Origin: Epiperipatus broadwayi | Taxonomy: Eukaryota; Animalia; Onychophora | DNA: 64,000 nucleotides | NCBI GenBank assembly: GCA_028023455.1 | Contig: JAQFVV010000006.1 | Coordinates: 14,446,001 to 14,510,000, forward strand | Reading direction: 5' to 3' | In this document: one piece after another, positions 24,898 to 38,158 of the stretch | Position numbering within the stretch: position 1 is the first letter of the stretch | Layout of the letters: the number at the start of each line of letters is the position of its first letter | The notes under the pieces: generated by a model | Seen by the model: the letters and a program-made list of their open reading frames with translations, nothing else | Database searches by the model: none | Told to the model about the DNA's origin: nothing | Translations under genes and position numbers: made by a program

Positions 24898-27007
24898 TAT
24901 ATATAATAGTAGCATCATAATGATTTCTAGGTAAATGAATTTGTGAATTTTAAAAAAGTTTCAATTCACTTAATATTAGTAATTATTTAACGATAATGGT
25001 CTAATTATTAACCTGCGTTTTTCTGTGAAATATTACGTTTGTATGGATGAAATATGCACATGGTTCACTTTTATTTTACATATATAATATATAAAATGCA
25101 TAATTATTGACCTATGTGAATATGTATTGATGTATCCATATATACCTAAATGAATTTATATGTGAATGTATACCATGTCTACAAATTTAAATAAGTGCAC
25201 TCATTATTAAGTATATCTATTATAAATAGGGTCAAGTAGCCATAAATTTATCAAAAAAAAAAAAAAAACCCAAACAAACACAAGCATAGACTCCAAAACT
25301 AGTCCTTGATTATCATAATCTACTGCCTTATGTAAAAGGTTGCATGGCTCATATGAGATGTGGTATTCAAATTCTCGTTGAGTAAACCATGGTCTATACA
25401 ATTCAGTTAGCCGTCGTCACAGTGATCGGTTAACAGGCGTCTATCTGTAGCCAGAAGATAAAGGTCACAAGTCATTGTCAGATGAGTATCAATATGTTGA
25501 CAAAGGCGACAGTGGAAAGTATGCAGATTTATTATAGTATGGAATCACCACAATCTAATGGAAGTTAAGCCTATGGTTATTTTTTTACCTTAATTTCTTT
25601 ATAAAAGATTTTTTAAGATAATACAGATCTGTTGATATGCAGAATTGATGATTTATATAATAAAACTACCCCCCTCCCCCTCCAATCTCACAATACTGAG
25701 ATTTTAGATTCTTAGTGACTCTCTGTTTTAGAATAACTGAAACTATCAGAATTGAAAGGCCTTGTAGAAGAGTGTTAGTGTACCAGCTCCTGTATCCATG
25801 CCTTGGGTTCAAATCAGGCCAGATGAATCATAGGCCATAAGTTTGCGGGGTTTTTTTTTTTCACATAGCAATTCCATAACCCACTTAAACAGGCAACTAG
25901 TATTGATCAATAACTGGGTATCTACTCATTAGTCAGAACAGGATCTCCAATCTTTATCAAGCCTAAGCCAAATTGCTTACTCTTCTAACAATTATAGGCC
26001 AAGCTAGTGCAACTACATAGTCTCATAGTTTTGAGTTACAAACTTTCAAGATTAAACTAAAAATATGGAACAAAGGAAAGGTAAGTTTGAATAGCTTGTA
26101 TGGTAATTCAACATTTAAAAAAAATCTATCTAATTTTCAAACCAATGAATGTGAAAGAAAAATGAATCAAACTTAAAAGAGTTTTCAGTAGGATGAACGA
26201 TATTGCAAATGTTTGCTCAGAGTTCTAAGTTACTCATCAGACAATAAGATACTGGAATCGTTTTATTGCTCAGGATTTCATTAAGAAATTTGAGTTCTGG
26301 GTGAGATAGACATAAGTGTGATCAATAGATCTTAATCACCAAATGTTTATCATTATATTGTTAGGGAGTTAATAATAAGCTTGAGCATTGGAAGTACCAG
26401 ACTGGAGGTCTGAGTTTACATTCCAGAATCAATTAATCTACCACTGCACCCTAAGTCGACTTAACACTACATTAGCAAGAAAGCTTTTCACAAGTTTATG
26501 TACTTTCAAATACAAAAATCAATCCTGGGTGAATTTTTTGTAATTAGCATAATGATCTTCCAGTGAAAAATTGATAAAACTTTAGCCAAGATTCATATTT
26601 GTCCTTCAGCAAATCACTGAAATGCAGATCAATAATTTCCATCTGTGGGAAACCACATAGAAGACATCCACAACAATGCCAACATTTGCAAACACTGGTA
26701 CATTTAAACACTACAGAGTATAAATTCTGATAATAAAAGAAGCTAAATGATTATTAATAAAAAAAATACATTAATAGTTTTAACAATATTCGTTCAGCTC
26801 TATATTTAATTTCAAATTCATTCAATACTTCAGACTTCCATCATAAGATAAAGACAGCTTTAAAATATACGGCCATTATTAAAGCATATTTTGGGAATCT
26901 GAAAATTATCTTAACCTTACCGATTTCTATTATTGCCCTATTTTTTTTGCTACATAGCTAATAACGACTCTTAGGTCTTATCTACTTCAGAAGATTTCTA
27001 ATAAACA

Positions 27008-27360
27008 AGGCAAACTCTCCATACAGTAGTACCACCCTGTGCCAACCAGAGTAATCAATGGATGCCAGAAGGCTTGTGCATAAAATCCCTATCTAATGCC
27101 TACTCATCCAATAGCCCCAAACTAGTTTCTGGCTTGTGGCCTTCGTCAGTGAGTAGCTTTGGATCTGAGAGCACTGCACCTAGATCTTAGGATCTAATGC
27201 AATCCTCCAGGAACCATCTTTTATCTCTACTTAACTATAAAACTATGAGAATGAAATTGAAAACACAAGATTATTTTCAATCTAAGCTCAATAGCTTATA
27301 TAGTCATATGGGTCTGAACTTAGTTCAGCACCCATACATTTTGGTGTCTTTGGCTCTTTA
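27008..27360 (-). mobile_element. HHR family A copy with core-intact HHR at 27114-27155
   Basis: Minus strand reads TACTCA-CTGACGA-AGGC-CACAA-GCCA-GAA-ACTAGT-T-TGGGG. Confidence 0.85.
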
Positions 27361-27600
27361 ACATCTTAAATTTGCACTTAATGCTTGGAATGAGATTTTT
27401 TCTTCCTTTTTTATTTCATAATCCAAATCAAGAACAGGAGTTTTTTGCTCACTAGGGAGCTATCCTACCACTGAAACAATACATTCACCCACAAAGAAAA
27501 ATAAGGAAATATAATAATTGAAATATATTCATTTTAATGCATACCTTAAAACTTTTTATAAAAAGAAACAAGTCATTAACTAGTTTTGTTTCATAATTAC

Positions 27601-27667
27601 CTGATCAAATTTAGTTGCAAACAAATTTAATGACGTAACGATCCCACCATTAGGTCCTAAAAAATAT
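27601..27667 (-). CDS. GPN1: GPN1 exon 4 ([25 protein letters not shown] loop)
   Basis: 67 nt; LGPNGGI signature; AG/GT flanks. Confidence 0.96.
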
Positions 27668-28521
27668 CTACAAACTGTTAAGAAAATATAAAGCGGACAT
27701 TTTATTTTGCCATACTCCTCAGTTATTAAAACTTTATCAAGATAATTAAAATGCTTAAAGTAGTACTCTTTAGGGCACTTAATTAAATCGTAATCATATA
27801 ATTAATTGCTTGGATGGCTGCAATATCCAAGCATCGCAGTGGCCAATTGACTACGAGAGTTTCATTTAATTTAACTAAACTGAATGAAAAAAGATATTTA
27901 TAAAAGTTCCTGAAACTTCTAACTCTGTATCCGCCATTCTATCGTTGCACTAACCACACACACCAATCAACCTGTCAAATTCTATTTCGCTGGCAATTAA
28001 TGCAATTAATTATGACCTGTTTTAAATGTTACTATAATGACGATTTATGTGCGGATTGGATGTTCGATAGAAAATACAAATATCCCTTGGATACTTTTAA
28101 CCTTATTTCCCATTGAAAAAGTATCATAAGAAAAACAATGAGTCCATTCCAGAACCATCCGTTGTACATTTGAATAATCTATGGTCATAATCAAATTACC
28201 TTAGCTTCAAACCCTAGCTTCAAACCCCTTTGGTGTCTTTAAATCTCAAGTTATTAGCTGGGATAGTAAAACACAAGAAGGTACTGGGCATGTGAGAAAA
28301 TCCTGTTCGTCACTAAAGAAGACTAATAGGAAGAAACTAGTTCGGGTACATGGAAATAACACTAGTGTCTAAAGTCCACTGTTTATTTAAGCTCACAATA
28401 AGCGACTCTTTAGCAGTGTGAATGCAGTTATTACTCCAAATGCAAATATTAGATTCCTAAAAATTTCAAAAGTTTTTATTTTCTATACATGCTGCAATGA
28501 ATTTATGATTTTTTTTTTAAT

Positions 28522-28610
28522 GTCATAGCATCGGTCGGGACGCGAACCCGCAACCCGGGCAACTGCCTGCAAGTGCAAGGCAGTCATGCTGACCTCTCGA
28601 CAACCAATGC
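28522..28610 (-). mobile_element. tRNA-derived SINE head
   Basis: TTGTCGAGAGG A-box-like and GGTTCGCGTCCC B-box-like sequence; same family as 11705-11790. Confidence 0.6.
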
Positions 28611-28699
28611 AAGACAATCTTTTTTTTATTTTTGCTCTGATATTAACCACTAATAAGAATCTAATGTTTGTGTTTGGCAGAACTAATTCATTCATTCAC

Positions 28700-28805
28700 A
28701 CTACTCAAGAGCCATCTATTGTAAGTTTGAGTAATCATTTTGGGCCGTTTGATGGCATATCCATATCTCTAAACCAGTTTTTAACTATCAGCTTTCTTCT
28801 AGAAT
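28700..28805. repeat. Family D fragment (degenerate HHR-associated repeat)
   Basis: GAGCCATCTATTGTAAGTTTGAGTAATCA shared with 39014 and 40540. Confidence 0.55.
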
Positions 28806-29479
28806 TCAAAACACATTAAGATTTAAACCCAAGCTAATTTGATGGTGCTTTGTAGTAGAGTAGAAAAAATTACAATTCCTTACGCAAATGTTAAACAGGA
28901 ATATTACGAATCCTTTTTTTTTTATTAAATGCTTTTATTTAATTTAGAAATCCTGCTTGTTTGGGTCAAATCTTTTAATTGATTTTTACCATACTTCTAT
29001 CAAATGGATTTTCTTCAAACTTTGTACACTTGTTAGTGATCGATGTCAGTGCATTATTTCAAAGTTGTTCAGCCATTTGTCCAATCTAAAAATGTTAGCA
29101 GGCTGAATTCCAAACCGCACTTATAACAGTTCAATAAGTTTTCAGTGATGTACAAAAAATGGTGGTATATTTTTTTAAAAATAAGCTTTCATTGAATTTC
29201 AAGGCTAATTCACTATTTACAGTTATAAAATAAAAAAAATTTCCTAATTTCTCTTGATTGTGGAATTAAAACTTGCTTTTCTTAAAATGCTGCTTTCATA
29301 AACACAAAATTCTTATAAACGATTTTTAATGCACCCAAATTTCATTTCAAATATTGGAAATATAGTGACATTATTTTAATTGTCAGTTTTTAAATTTGAT
29401 TACAAAAAGTCCGTTGCAAAATATCTTAATACTAAAAAATAATATATATTAAAAATATTTCTTAAAGAACGAATTTATT

Positions 29480-30360
29480 TAATTTAGTCAGTATCGCACT
29501 AAAAACGAAAAAATATTTTTTTTCTTCAACCACATGTAACTTGAAATAAAAGCATGGTGTGTCCATAAATTAATTAATTCAACCATAAAAACTTCAGTAA
29601 AACTTTACATAAAGAATTCAAACTGGGATTTAGAACCCCTCCAAACACCAATAGACTCATCAATAATACTAAAGACAAAAGAAATATTGAGGCAACCCCC
29701 CAGCTAGTGTATAGAATTGTGTGTCCTCAGATCGGGTGTAGTGCTGTTTACTAAGGTGAGACTTGTGTTACAATTGGCAATAGATTGGCTCAACACAGAT
29801 ACACATACACACAAGCAATAACCAACAAAGAAGGCAGTTCCGTGTTTGCTGACTATCAGCAAGGGCTTAACTATTTATTTGAGCCCTCCAAAACTGATAT
29901 ATTATATACAGAGAGGAATGATATCAAGAGAAAGATCAAAAAAGTTTGTTTTATTACCAGCGACACCAACTCTGCAAATAGAAAAGATACTTGCTTTATC
30001 ATTTCCAGAAAATGGATAGTATAAAAAAATATTTTTGCATATATTTGCATACAATTATGTTGACAATCTACAAGGCTATGATTATGGAATAATAAAATTC
30101 TGAAACCGCTCAGCCTAAATAAATTGTTATGTGGAATCATTTCACCTTCAATGCATTAGCGTATTATTAATTTTGATTATTATATTTAATTTAAAATAAA
30201 GCACAGTGCACCTATAAATTAATTCAATCACTTACTAGTAATGATTAAATTAATTAATTTATGGATATATCATGCTTTTATATCAAATTTACATATAACA
30301 ATTCAAGTTATGGTTGAAGAAAAAATTTTTTTGGTTTTTAGTGCATTATCGATCAACGTA
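29480..30360 (+). mobile_element. Penelope-like GIY-YIG remnant with inverted flanks
   Basis: FKLGFRTPPNTNRLINN..LVYRIVCPQIGCSAVY*GET..RLAQHRY..RKW, collinear with ORF 14379-14819; inverted arms ~29480-29590 and ~30245-30355. Confidence 0.85.
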
Positions 30361-30369
30361 AATAAAGTG

Positions 30370-30610
30370 TTAATATAAATGCAAAGTATCCACCTCTTTG
30401 AACCCTTTTTAGCAAAAACCTTTTATTATATCTATATGTGTAGACAACCTACATTTCGACCGTCCTGCAGTCTTTTTCAGAGTCACTTTATTTTAATTTA
30501 AGACTGCAGGACAGTCAAAATGTAGATTGTATATACATCTAGATACAATAAAACGTTTTTGCTAAAAAGTTGTCCAAAGTAGTGGATAATTTGCATTTAT
30601 ATAAGAATAT
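30370..30610. repeat. Foldback of Penelope-type pLTR ends with degenerate HHR motifs
   Basis: GACTGCAGGACGGTCGAAATGTA (minus) and GACTGCAGGACAGTCAAAATGTA (plus) in ~110-bp arms. Confidence 0.7.
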
Positions 30611-31734
30611 TGCAGCAAAATAAAGGAAGTGGTGAATTTGGTAAATAAAGTGTTTTTTTATAAAATATTTCATACGTATATATTATTAGATACTCTTCAG
30701 ATTCTTTTCAAAAATCTTGATAAAAGAACTTACAGTCAGATATGCCTCTACAATGAATAAATGGTCCAACAAACATTTTTCTCACTAAATTAAGTTTACT
30801 ACAATGAATTTTAATGTTAGAATGAAAATTATAGGCTGATGTAATGCACGCGTGTAATATGTTTCAGAACGTTTCTACTTTGACTAATGTTAGACATCTT
30901 TATCACATTTTGTAAGGCTTAGTTACCAATTTAAAAAGCTCACTATCAAATTCTTCTATTCTTACAACTTTTATGCCATATAGTGTAAACTTTAGTAATC
31001 AGTAAATGGCACATGGTAATGCTGTCCTATCCAAATATCCCTAGATTAAGAATTGGCTAGAATAATAATGTGTAAGCTAAGATCAGGTGATGTTAGTCAT
31101 GTGATGTCTTATTGCTTAAAAAGTTTACTAATCAGTTTATTTTAACAGTGAAAATACAGTAGCTTTTTTAAATTATTCTACAATGCGTGTATATATATAA
31201 TTTTAACCGTGACAAACTAAGAGATCTAAGAATAACTAAATCATCAATCTAATTGAACTTTCAAATTTATATGTGCAGAACAGGATAAAAACAGCAATCA
31301 ATTTCAAAGGAATTTTTACACTTAAACATTTTTCCTGTTTAAACCTCATGTTAGACAGTAACCTTGATCTAGGCAAAGGGTTTCCAATCGATTATACCTG
31401 AATGCGTACATTTCAATGAATGTTAGAAAGAATGTATGCTGTAATGAATGAACTTTTGGAACCAATTTAATTTTTTATGGCATAGCCTATTGTATTTACA
31501 GGGACAAAATCTGAGTTACGAGTGAGCATAGTGCAGTATAATTATAATTTTCCAGATTGCAACATTCAACATGCTATTCTGATAGTCATAAGGTTCAAAT
31601 TCAGAAAAGAAAACACAAATTAATGACTACGATTGTAATTAATTTAAATTTCTATACCATTTATGATTTTATAAACTTCCAACTGTCTTTGATAATGTAT
31701 TTTTTTTACTTATTGGAGGCAAAACTGTCTGTAC

Positions 31735-32140
31735 AATAGTGTCATCCAGTGCAAGCCAAAGTAATCAATGGATGCAAGAAGGTTTGTGCATAAAATCCCC
31801 ATTTAGTGCCAACCCGTCCAATATCTCCAGTATAGTTTCTAGCTTGTGGTTTCATCAATGAGAAGCCTTGAACCTGAGAGCTCTGCACGTAGATCGTAGG
31901 ATTTAATGCAACCCTGTAGAAGCCACCTATTACGTTTTTAGTTAATTAAAAAGCTACGAGTCGAAAGTGAAAACACATTTTCAATCCAAGCTCATTTGCT
32001 TGTATTACGTTCTTACATCTATTGATTACTCTGGCTTGCACTGGGTGGCACTACTGTATGGAGAATTCTGCATCTGTTGTGCCAGCTTGTGTAAGCATAG
32101 GGAATGGTGATCATGTGATTTGCTTTACTTGTAAAACAAT
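31735..32140. mobile_element. HHR family A foldback copy (degenerate HHR at 31824-31864, minus)
   Basis: Minus arm 31735-32000; plus arm from ATTGATTACTCTGG at ~32021. Confidence 0.8.
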
Positions 32141-32686
32141 TTTGATATGGAAAGATATATGCAAGATATCAAACACGTGGATCAAAGAATCAGCTTGGGA
32201 CTTAAGAGGGTGTTTAGTTATTACAAAACTTTAACTTTTGCTCTTTGTTTTTTACTTTTGAAATTAACACATATTCATTTACATATTAAGTGGTGTCACG
32301 ATATCTGCTAGATGTTGTCCTAAGCCTTCCTTATGTACATTGCATGTAATAATTCGCAGTTAGTTGATAAACTTTGACTACAATATTGTATATATTGTGT
32401 ACTGAACTGCATATGTACAGTACTTTTCAACCCACACCAATACATATTCAACACAAATGCTTTTTACGTAAGTTAAGATTATAGCATAAACAAAATTTAA
32501 AAAATATAGTAATGTAGTTATTAATAATAAATATACACATTTACATTATTTAGTAAGTATATGTTCACTCATTTGCATTCATTCAAAAAATAAAATTAGT
32601 AACAAACTTACTAAGTTATAACTTTATTTTTTTAAAAATAAAATGAATAGTGAAATGTCAGAGTTTCATCACAATATGCTCCAGAC

Positions 32687-35600
32687 TAGTGTTTCTCAAC
32701 CGCCAGTCCATGAACCAGTGCTGGTCTGTGGAGAAATTTTACCGGTCCGTGAAAATATCCTTAATTTGATAATTACAAAATAAATTTCAAAATTAATCTT
32801 CAATGAAAATAAACCTACTTTAACTTGCTTCTGATCTCATGCAGGTTCCGCCAATATCGTACAAATTTGTGCCATTAATCAGACTTTACAAATGAACATT
32901 TTTAAAAAAACTAATAGTTTTAAACTTTAGTTTCTTTTTTAATTTTAAAAAAATGTAGTAAAGTAAAAAAAGAAATAAAATTCAATGGTATATTTATTAT
33001 AAATATCAATATATATTCTTTATTCCTTTTTACAATACTTTTTTACAACCCAAACAGTTTCGATTGCCCAGTACAAGTTCTGAAGAAGATTGCTGGGGCA
33101 ATCGAAACTGTCTGGGTTGTAAAAAAGCATTGTAAAAAGTAAAATATTAATATTATATGGATTTGGCAATGCAATAAGATAAAGTTATAATACTTCATAA
33201 AGGTATATTCATTAGTTATTTATTATAATGAGATTAAAGTATAATAGAGAAACAGTAAAATGAAAAGCTTAAATTAAATATTTTTTTTTACATTTTTTTT
33301 TAAATAATTTGTAACCATAAAAAATAAAACTGGAATATTTAGTAATAATTTCTTTAAATGAATTACTTTGTTTCTTTAAGTAAACCCCCAAAAAGTTCTT
33401 TCATTGTACTAAAAAGTTACCTAAAAACAAAATACTCCCGCTTTAAAATCATACCACCGTTAGAGCAAAGCTGGAGAAGTAGCATTTTAAACGGTTGGAA
33501 ACTTTTGCGCACATTTTTTATTCATTATAAAATTATATACTTAACAAGGATTTAGTAAATCTAAAGGGTAGGAAAAAATATACAAAATATTAATATAAAT
33601 TTGAAATATAATAAATATTTTTAGCCTTTAACAAAATGAACACAAAGATGCAAGGTACATTAATATCATTTTTTAAATAAAAGTTCATCCTCTCAAGAAT
33701 TATCAAATGAAACTGAAATTGGGAACCCACCAGAAAAAAATCTTCCTTCATTAGATGTTACCATGATGAATATCTGTGGTATGGATTTATTCTTTGGCTT
33801 AAATCTATGGAATAAGATGTAGATTTGATGTGTGTGATCTGTTATGATGTTCAATCTAATGATGCAAAACATCAAAAATGTTACGACCTTTTAAGTCAAA
33901 ATATTCAGAAATTAGAAAAAAAAAACCCTTAGAATATTTTGAATATGAAAAGCAAAGAATTTGTTTTACAGAAAAAAGCATTTAAACAAACTTTTATTCA
34001 GAATAAATCTCTATTAAAATTTTCCTATTTAGTAGCGCTTAATATTGCTGAAACCAGAAACTCATTTACTGCCATGGAAACTTTGATAAACCAATTTTAT
34101 TAGATGTTTGTTTAGAAATGTTTGGATCATCGGCTGCTGCTAAAATCAGATCGATATCTCTTTCTACTGATATTAATGGAAAGCGAATTGCTACATTGTT
34201 AGAAAACATAGAACACCAGCTAATAATAAACAAGATTAAGGAATCAAAAATATTTGCAATTCGAATTGATGAATCATCTGATATTTCCAAAAAAAAAGCT
34301 ATATTAATCTGGAACATTTTTGGATACATGAAGACATCAAAGAAGAATTTCAGGGGGTTTGTGTAGAAATAATTTCAAAGACCACAAGCACTGAAATTTT
34401 TAATGCATTAAATTCTTACCTTAACAAACATGATTTGGATTGGAAAAATTATATAGATTTATGTACTGATAGAATGGCAAATATGGAGGACAAGCACTGT
34501 GATGTTATTAAAAAAATTCAACAAATAATGATCCTTGATTTATTAACTACATGCTGGATAATACATCGGCAGTATTTTGCAGCTAAAAATTTATCCCCAG
34601 AATTGAATGAAGTCTTAGATGAATTTACAAAAATCGTTAAGTAAAAAAAAGCAATCTAAATTCCAGATTATTGACATTACTTTGTCAAAAAGTTGGAGCA
34701 GAACATAGAAAATTATTATTTCGTACTGAAGCCAGATGACTCTCGAGGTAAAATGTAAGCAGGCTATTTGAATGACGAACAAAAGTAGAAATATTCTTGG
34801 TTGGAAAAAAAATCTTCATTTGCTACTTATTTTTTGTTGAATTGAATGGATTGCAAAAGTAACTTACTTAAGTGATATATTTTCCTACATTAATGATTTA
34901 TATTTAAGTCTAGAGGGAAATGGGGAAAATGTATTTCATTTATATAGTAAAATCAATGGATTTTTTAAAAAAAATTCAATTTTGGCTGGATAGAGTAAGA
35001 GAAAGCAATTGTTATCTGCTTATTGTTTATTAACATTTTTGAGCATCAAGATGTGGACAACTTGAAATTAAATAAAATTATATCACCATATGAAATCATT
35101 GTATGATACTTTTTAAAAATATTTTTCATCTGAAATGAACTTGTGCAAGATGAATTTATGGATTACAAATCCTTTTAGATATGTCTCTTGAAAATGAGTC
35201 CAGATTTGACATTTCCCACAATGAATTTGAATAAATTTTGGATCACAATAAAAAATGAGTACCCAAGTCTGCAAGAATATGCAATGAAAATACCCATCCC
35301 CTTAGCAAAGGGGGTTATCAGCAACGTGCACTATAAAAAACAAATTCAGAAACCACCTTTCCATAAGTTCATCTCTTCGCCTCACTTTAATCAATTTGAC
35401 GCCAAATCTTGAATTACTAATAGAAAGCGAACAATAACGATCTCATTAAAATTTTAAAATGGAAATCATTTTCTTTTATTCCTACTATCTTGATGACAAT
35501 CTTTGACTGTGATTTTTTAGTGTTCATTATTTCTTGTAACAATTATTACGTGATTATATTACAATAATTATTATATGACCTATAATTTTGGAATCAATCA

Positions 35601-35990
35601 ATATGATTTTCTGTGATTTTTACTGAATATTTGTTAAAATATTCTTAATTAACATTATTTTTATAATAATTATATAGTTTGTGATTTTATAAATATACTT
35701 TTTATGGGTAATCAATATTTCTTGTGTTCATTATTCTGAGATTTTTTTTTTTTTTGTAATTTTATTGTAAGAATAATAATAGAACTACATATTTGAGCCG
35801 TCTTTTGTATTAACTAGGACTTTGCGTCAATGACAAATGAGTAAAAAAGGCAGCATGAATTTCAGGAATCGAAGCAGTAATATATATATATAGTCACAAA
35901 TAAAAAAAAAAAATTTATTTAACTATATTACTGATCTATGGAAATTTTTTCTGAAATCTAAGTGGTCTGTAGAAAGAAAAAGAAACGCTG
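32687..35990 (+). mobile_element. hAT (Buster/Charlie-like) transposon with transposase pseudogene at ~33650-35420
   Basis: TIR-like TAGTGTTTCTCAACC / AGAAACGCTG; FAIRIDESSDIS, TTCWIIHRQYFAAKNLSPELNEVLD and LNKFWITIKNEYPSL fragments with stops; TSD only partly matching. Confidence 0.85.
33020..33150. repeat. Small foldback with a minimal HHR motif, inserted in the hAT element
   Basis: CTGAAGA-A-GATTGC-TGGG-GCAATC-GAA-ACTGT-C starting at 33080. Confidence 0.65.
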
Positions 35991-36894
35991 CTGTAAATGA
36001 TAAGTATTTTCTTCAATAACTTTTTTCCAATAGAAACAAAATAGCAGTCTCATTACAGCAGACTATGGCGGCTTATCTAATTGTTTTGATATTTCAATGT
36101 AAACCAAAAAAGCAGTATTAATAAAAAAGACTGTACATGGTGTTCCGAAACAGAAAAATGACTACTGCCATATTGTAAAGTTTATTAAATTTAGGAATTT
36201 TAATATTTTTACTTTTTGTTTATATATATTTTTTGGACAGCATATAACTAAGGTAGTCTATATTGAGAGAGTATATATTACAGCTTTAATGCTAAATAAA
36301 AATAATTACTGTACATATTTTTACAAACTATCTCTATGACTACTTTTCACTAATTTAATTATTGAAGATCCCACTTCTCAAACTCCATTATATCGTAACT
36401 ATTCACCAGTGTAAAAATTCCACATCACATTCTTTATTTTTTTAATTTTATTGATTGTATTAGTTAATTATATTACTTATATATTTATTTTATTTATCAT
36501 TATATCATAGCTCTAAGGAAGACTGCAGAACAGTCAAAATGTCAGATTACCTATGTGCAAAGACAATTCTTTAAATTTTTTTTTTAAAAAATTATTTGAA
36601 AATATTTTATACATATAATATAAATAATTCAAATTTGCATATGTTTGTTCATCTGTGTAACGAAATGGTTTCTTTCTTCTTTATAATCTAAAATGGAATG
36701 CACTTTTGGTGAAGCTTACCATAATTATAGAGAAATGATTATGGCAAGTTTCATCAAAAGTGCCCTCAGTTTTAGATTCTAATGAAGAAACCACTTCGTT
36801 ACACAGACGAACAAATGTACGCAAATCTGAATTATAAATACAAATGAAAGGAAAAGCCAACATTATATATAAAATGGCAAATAGTAAAGGATAC

Positions 36895-36934
36895 TGCTTC
36901 ATTACTTCTTTATACTTGACTGTATCTCTAATAT
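36895..36934 (-). CDS. GPN1: GPN1 exon 3 (DIRDTVKYKEVMKQ)
   Basis: 40 nt, TTTCAG acceptor, GTATCCTTT donor, DIRD motif. Confidence 0.95.
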
Positions 36935-38110
36935 CTGAAAAAAAAAATTATAGAGATTAATTTTATTTACTTATTGGATTATTTCCATTATTTAATATTT
37001 TACCACATCTAATATATCATCACCCCAAACGTTCAGGCAAATGGTAGAATATCAATTTTTTACAAATTTGGCAGGTGAGATAAACTAATAATAAAAATAT
37101 GTAACACTAAAATATAGTAATTTACTCTTCTTTCCACAAAAAAAAAATGTTAAAAGAAAACTTTCGCATTTACAATAATTTCTTAAATCACGTAAAAAGT
37201 CTTTACCTAAGCAAACTGATAGAATGATTACCCTATATTGAACTCATTTCCTAAAGGCAGATACTATTCTCAAACTGATAATGATTAAAACCAGAAGTTG
37301 CTCAAGATTATTTTGCCATATCCGACAAATAAAGCCCTCAAACTTTTTAAGTGTTAATCACTAACCCAAATTCTTCCAAAGTTGTAGGAAGCTTACTTCA
37401 AATTAGTCACAAAATAAAATGTGTTTCACTTGCAGACACATAGATTTTTTTATTTTCAGTAATAACGCTTTGTTCCATACCATCATATAGTAGGTGTATG
37501 ACAAATGTTTCCCTAGACTTGCCGAGCTATTTTCTAACATTATGCCAAACTCTCGTCATTCACTGAATCAAATGTCCTAACCAAATCAATAGGATTAAAT
37601 AAGAAAAAATTTACAAATTTTGGTACGTACAAACAGAATCTTATATATATATTATGAAGATTAATTATGGCAAAGAATCGAATCTTGGTCCTTGTTTGGT
37701 GAATATATATCATCCAGTTTGCTGTATAAGCAATAGCTCTAAATCATAATTACTAATAATTATAGCAACAAAAGAATGTATAAAGTCAACCTATAATATT
37801 GCAGTCCTCTCGGATAAAATCATGCAAAATCTGCAATATAACCATTAATATTGCATGATGCTAAAAAAAAGAATCTGATTCTATTTGCATTGTAAAGATT
37901 ATTTCAAAGACGTATTAAAATTTATGGAATACTTTCTTGGCAATATATAGCTGTGGATAGAATACAATGGAAAAACTACAATTAGACATTTATAAATGAT
38001 CCTTCTAAACAATTTCCTTCTTCCTTTCCTTTATTTCTGCTATCTTCATATACAATACTGCAATTCAAATAATTTTTCTTACACTTTTTTCAGCAAAAAC
38101 TTTTTATTAT

Positions 38111-38158
38111 ATTATTACAGTTTCGACTGCACCTTGCAGTCTTCATCAGATCTTACAG
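38111..38158 (-). ncRNA. Penelope-type minimal HHR motif
   Basis: CTGATGA-A-GACTGCA-AGG-TGCAGTC-GAA-ACTGT-A; stem I weak. Confidence 0.55.

Larger units (their letters stand above)
27668..36894 (-). other. U12-type GT-AG intron (GPN1 intron 3)
   Basis: 5' splice site GTATCCTTT; branch-site-like TTTTCTTAAC at 27677-27686 ending 7 nt before the terminal AG; no polypyrimidine tract. Confidence 0.85.

Noticed and set aside
25207-25401. Minus-strand ORF MYRPWFTQREFEY as an extra exon or gene
   Set aside because: GPN1 exons 4 and 5 join in frame without it, it has no recognisable domain and it runs into a T tract
26560-26720. Cys-rich possible minus-strand exon
   Set aside because: An acceptor-like site exists but there is no convincing donor or homology
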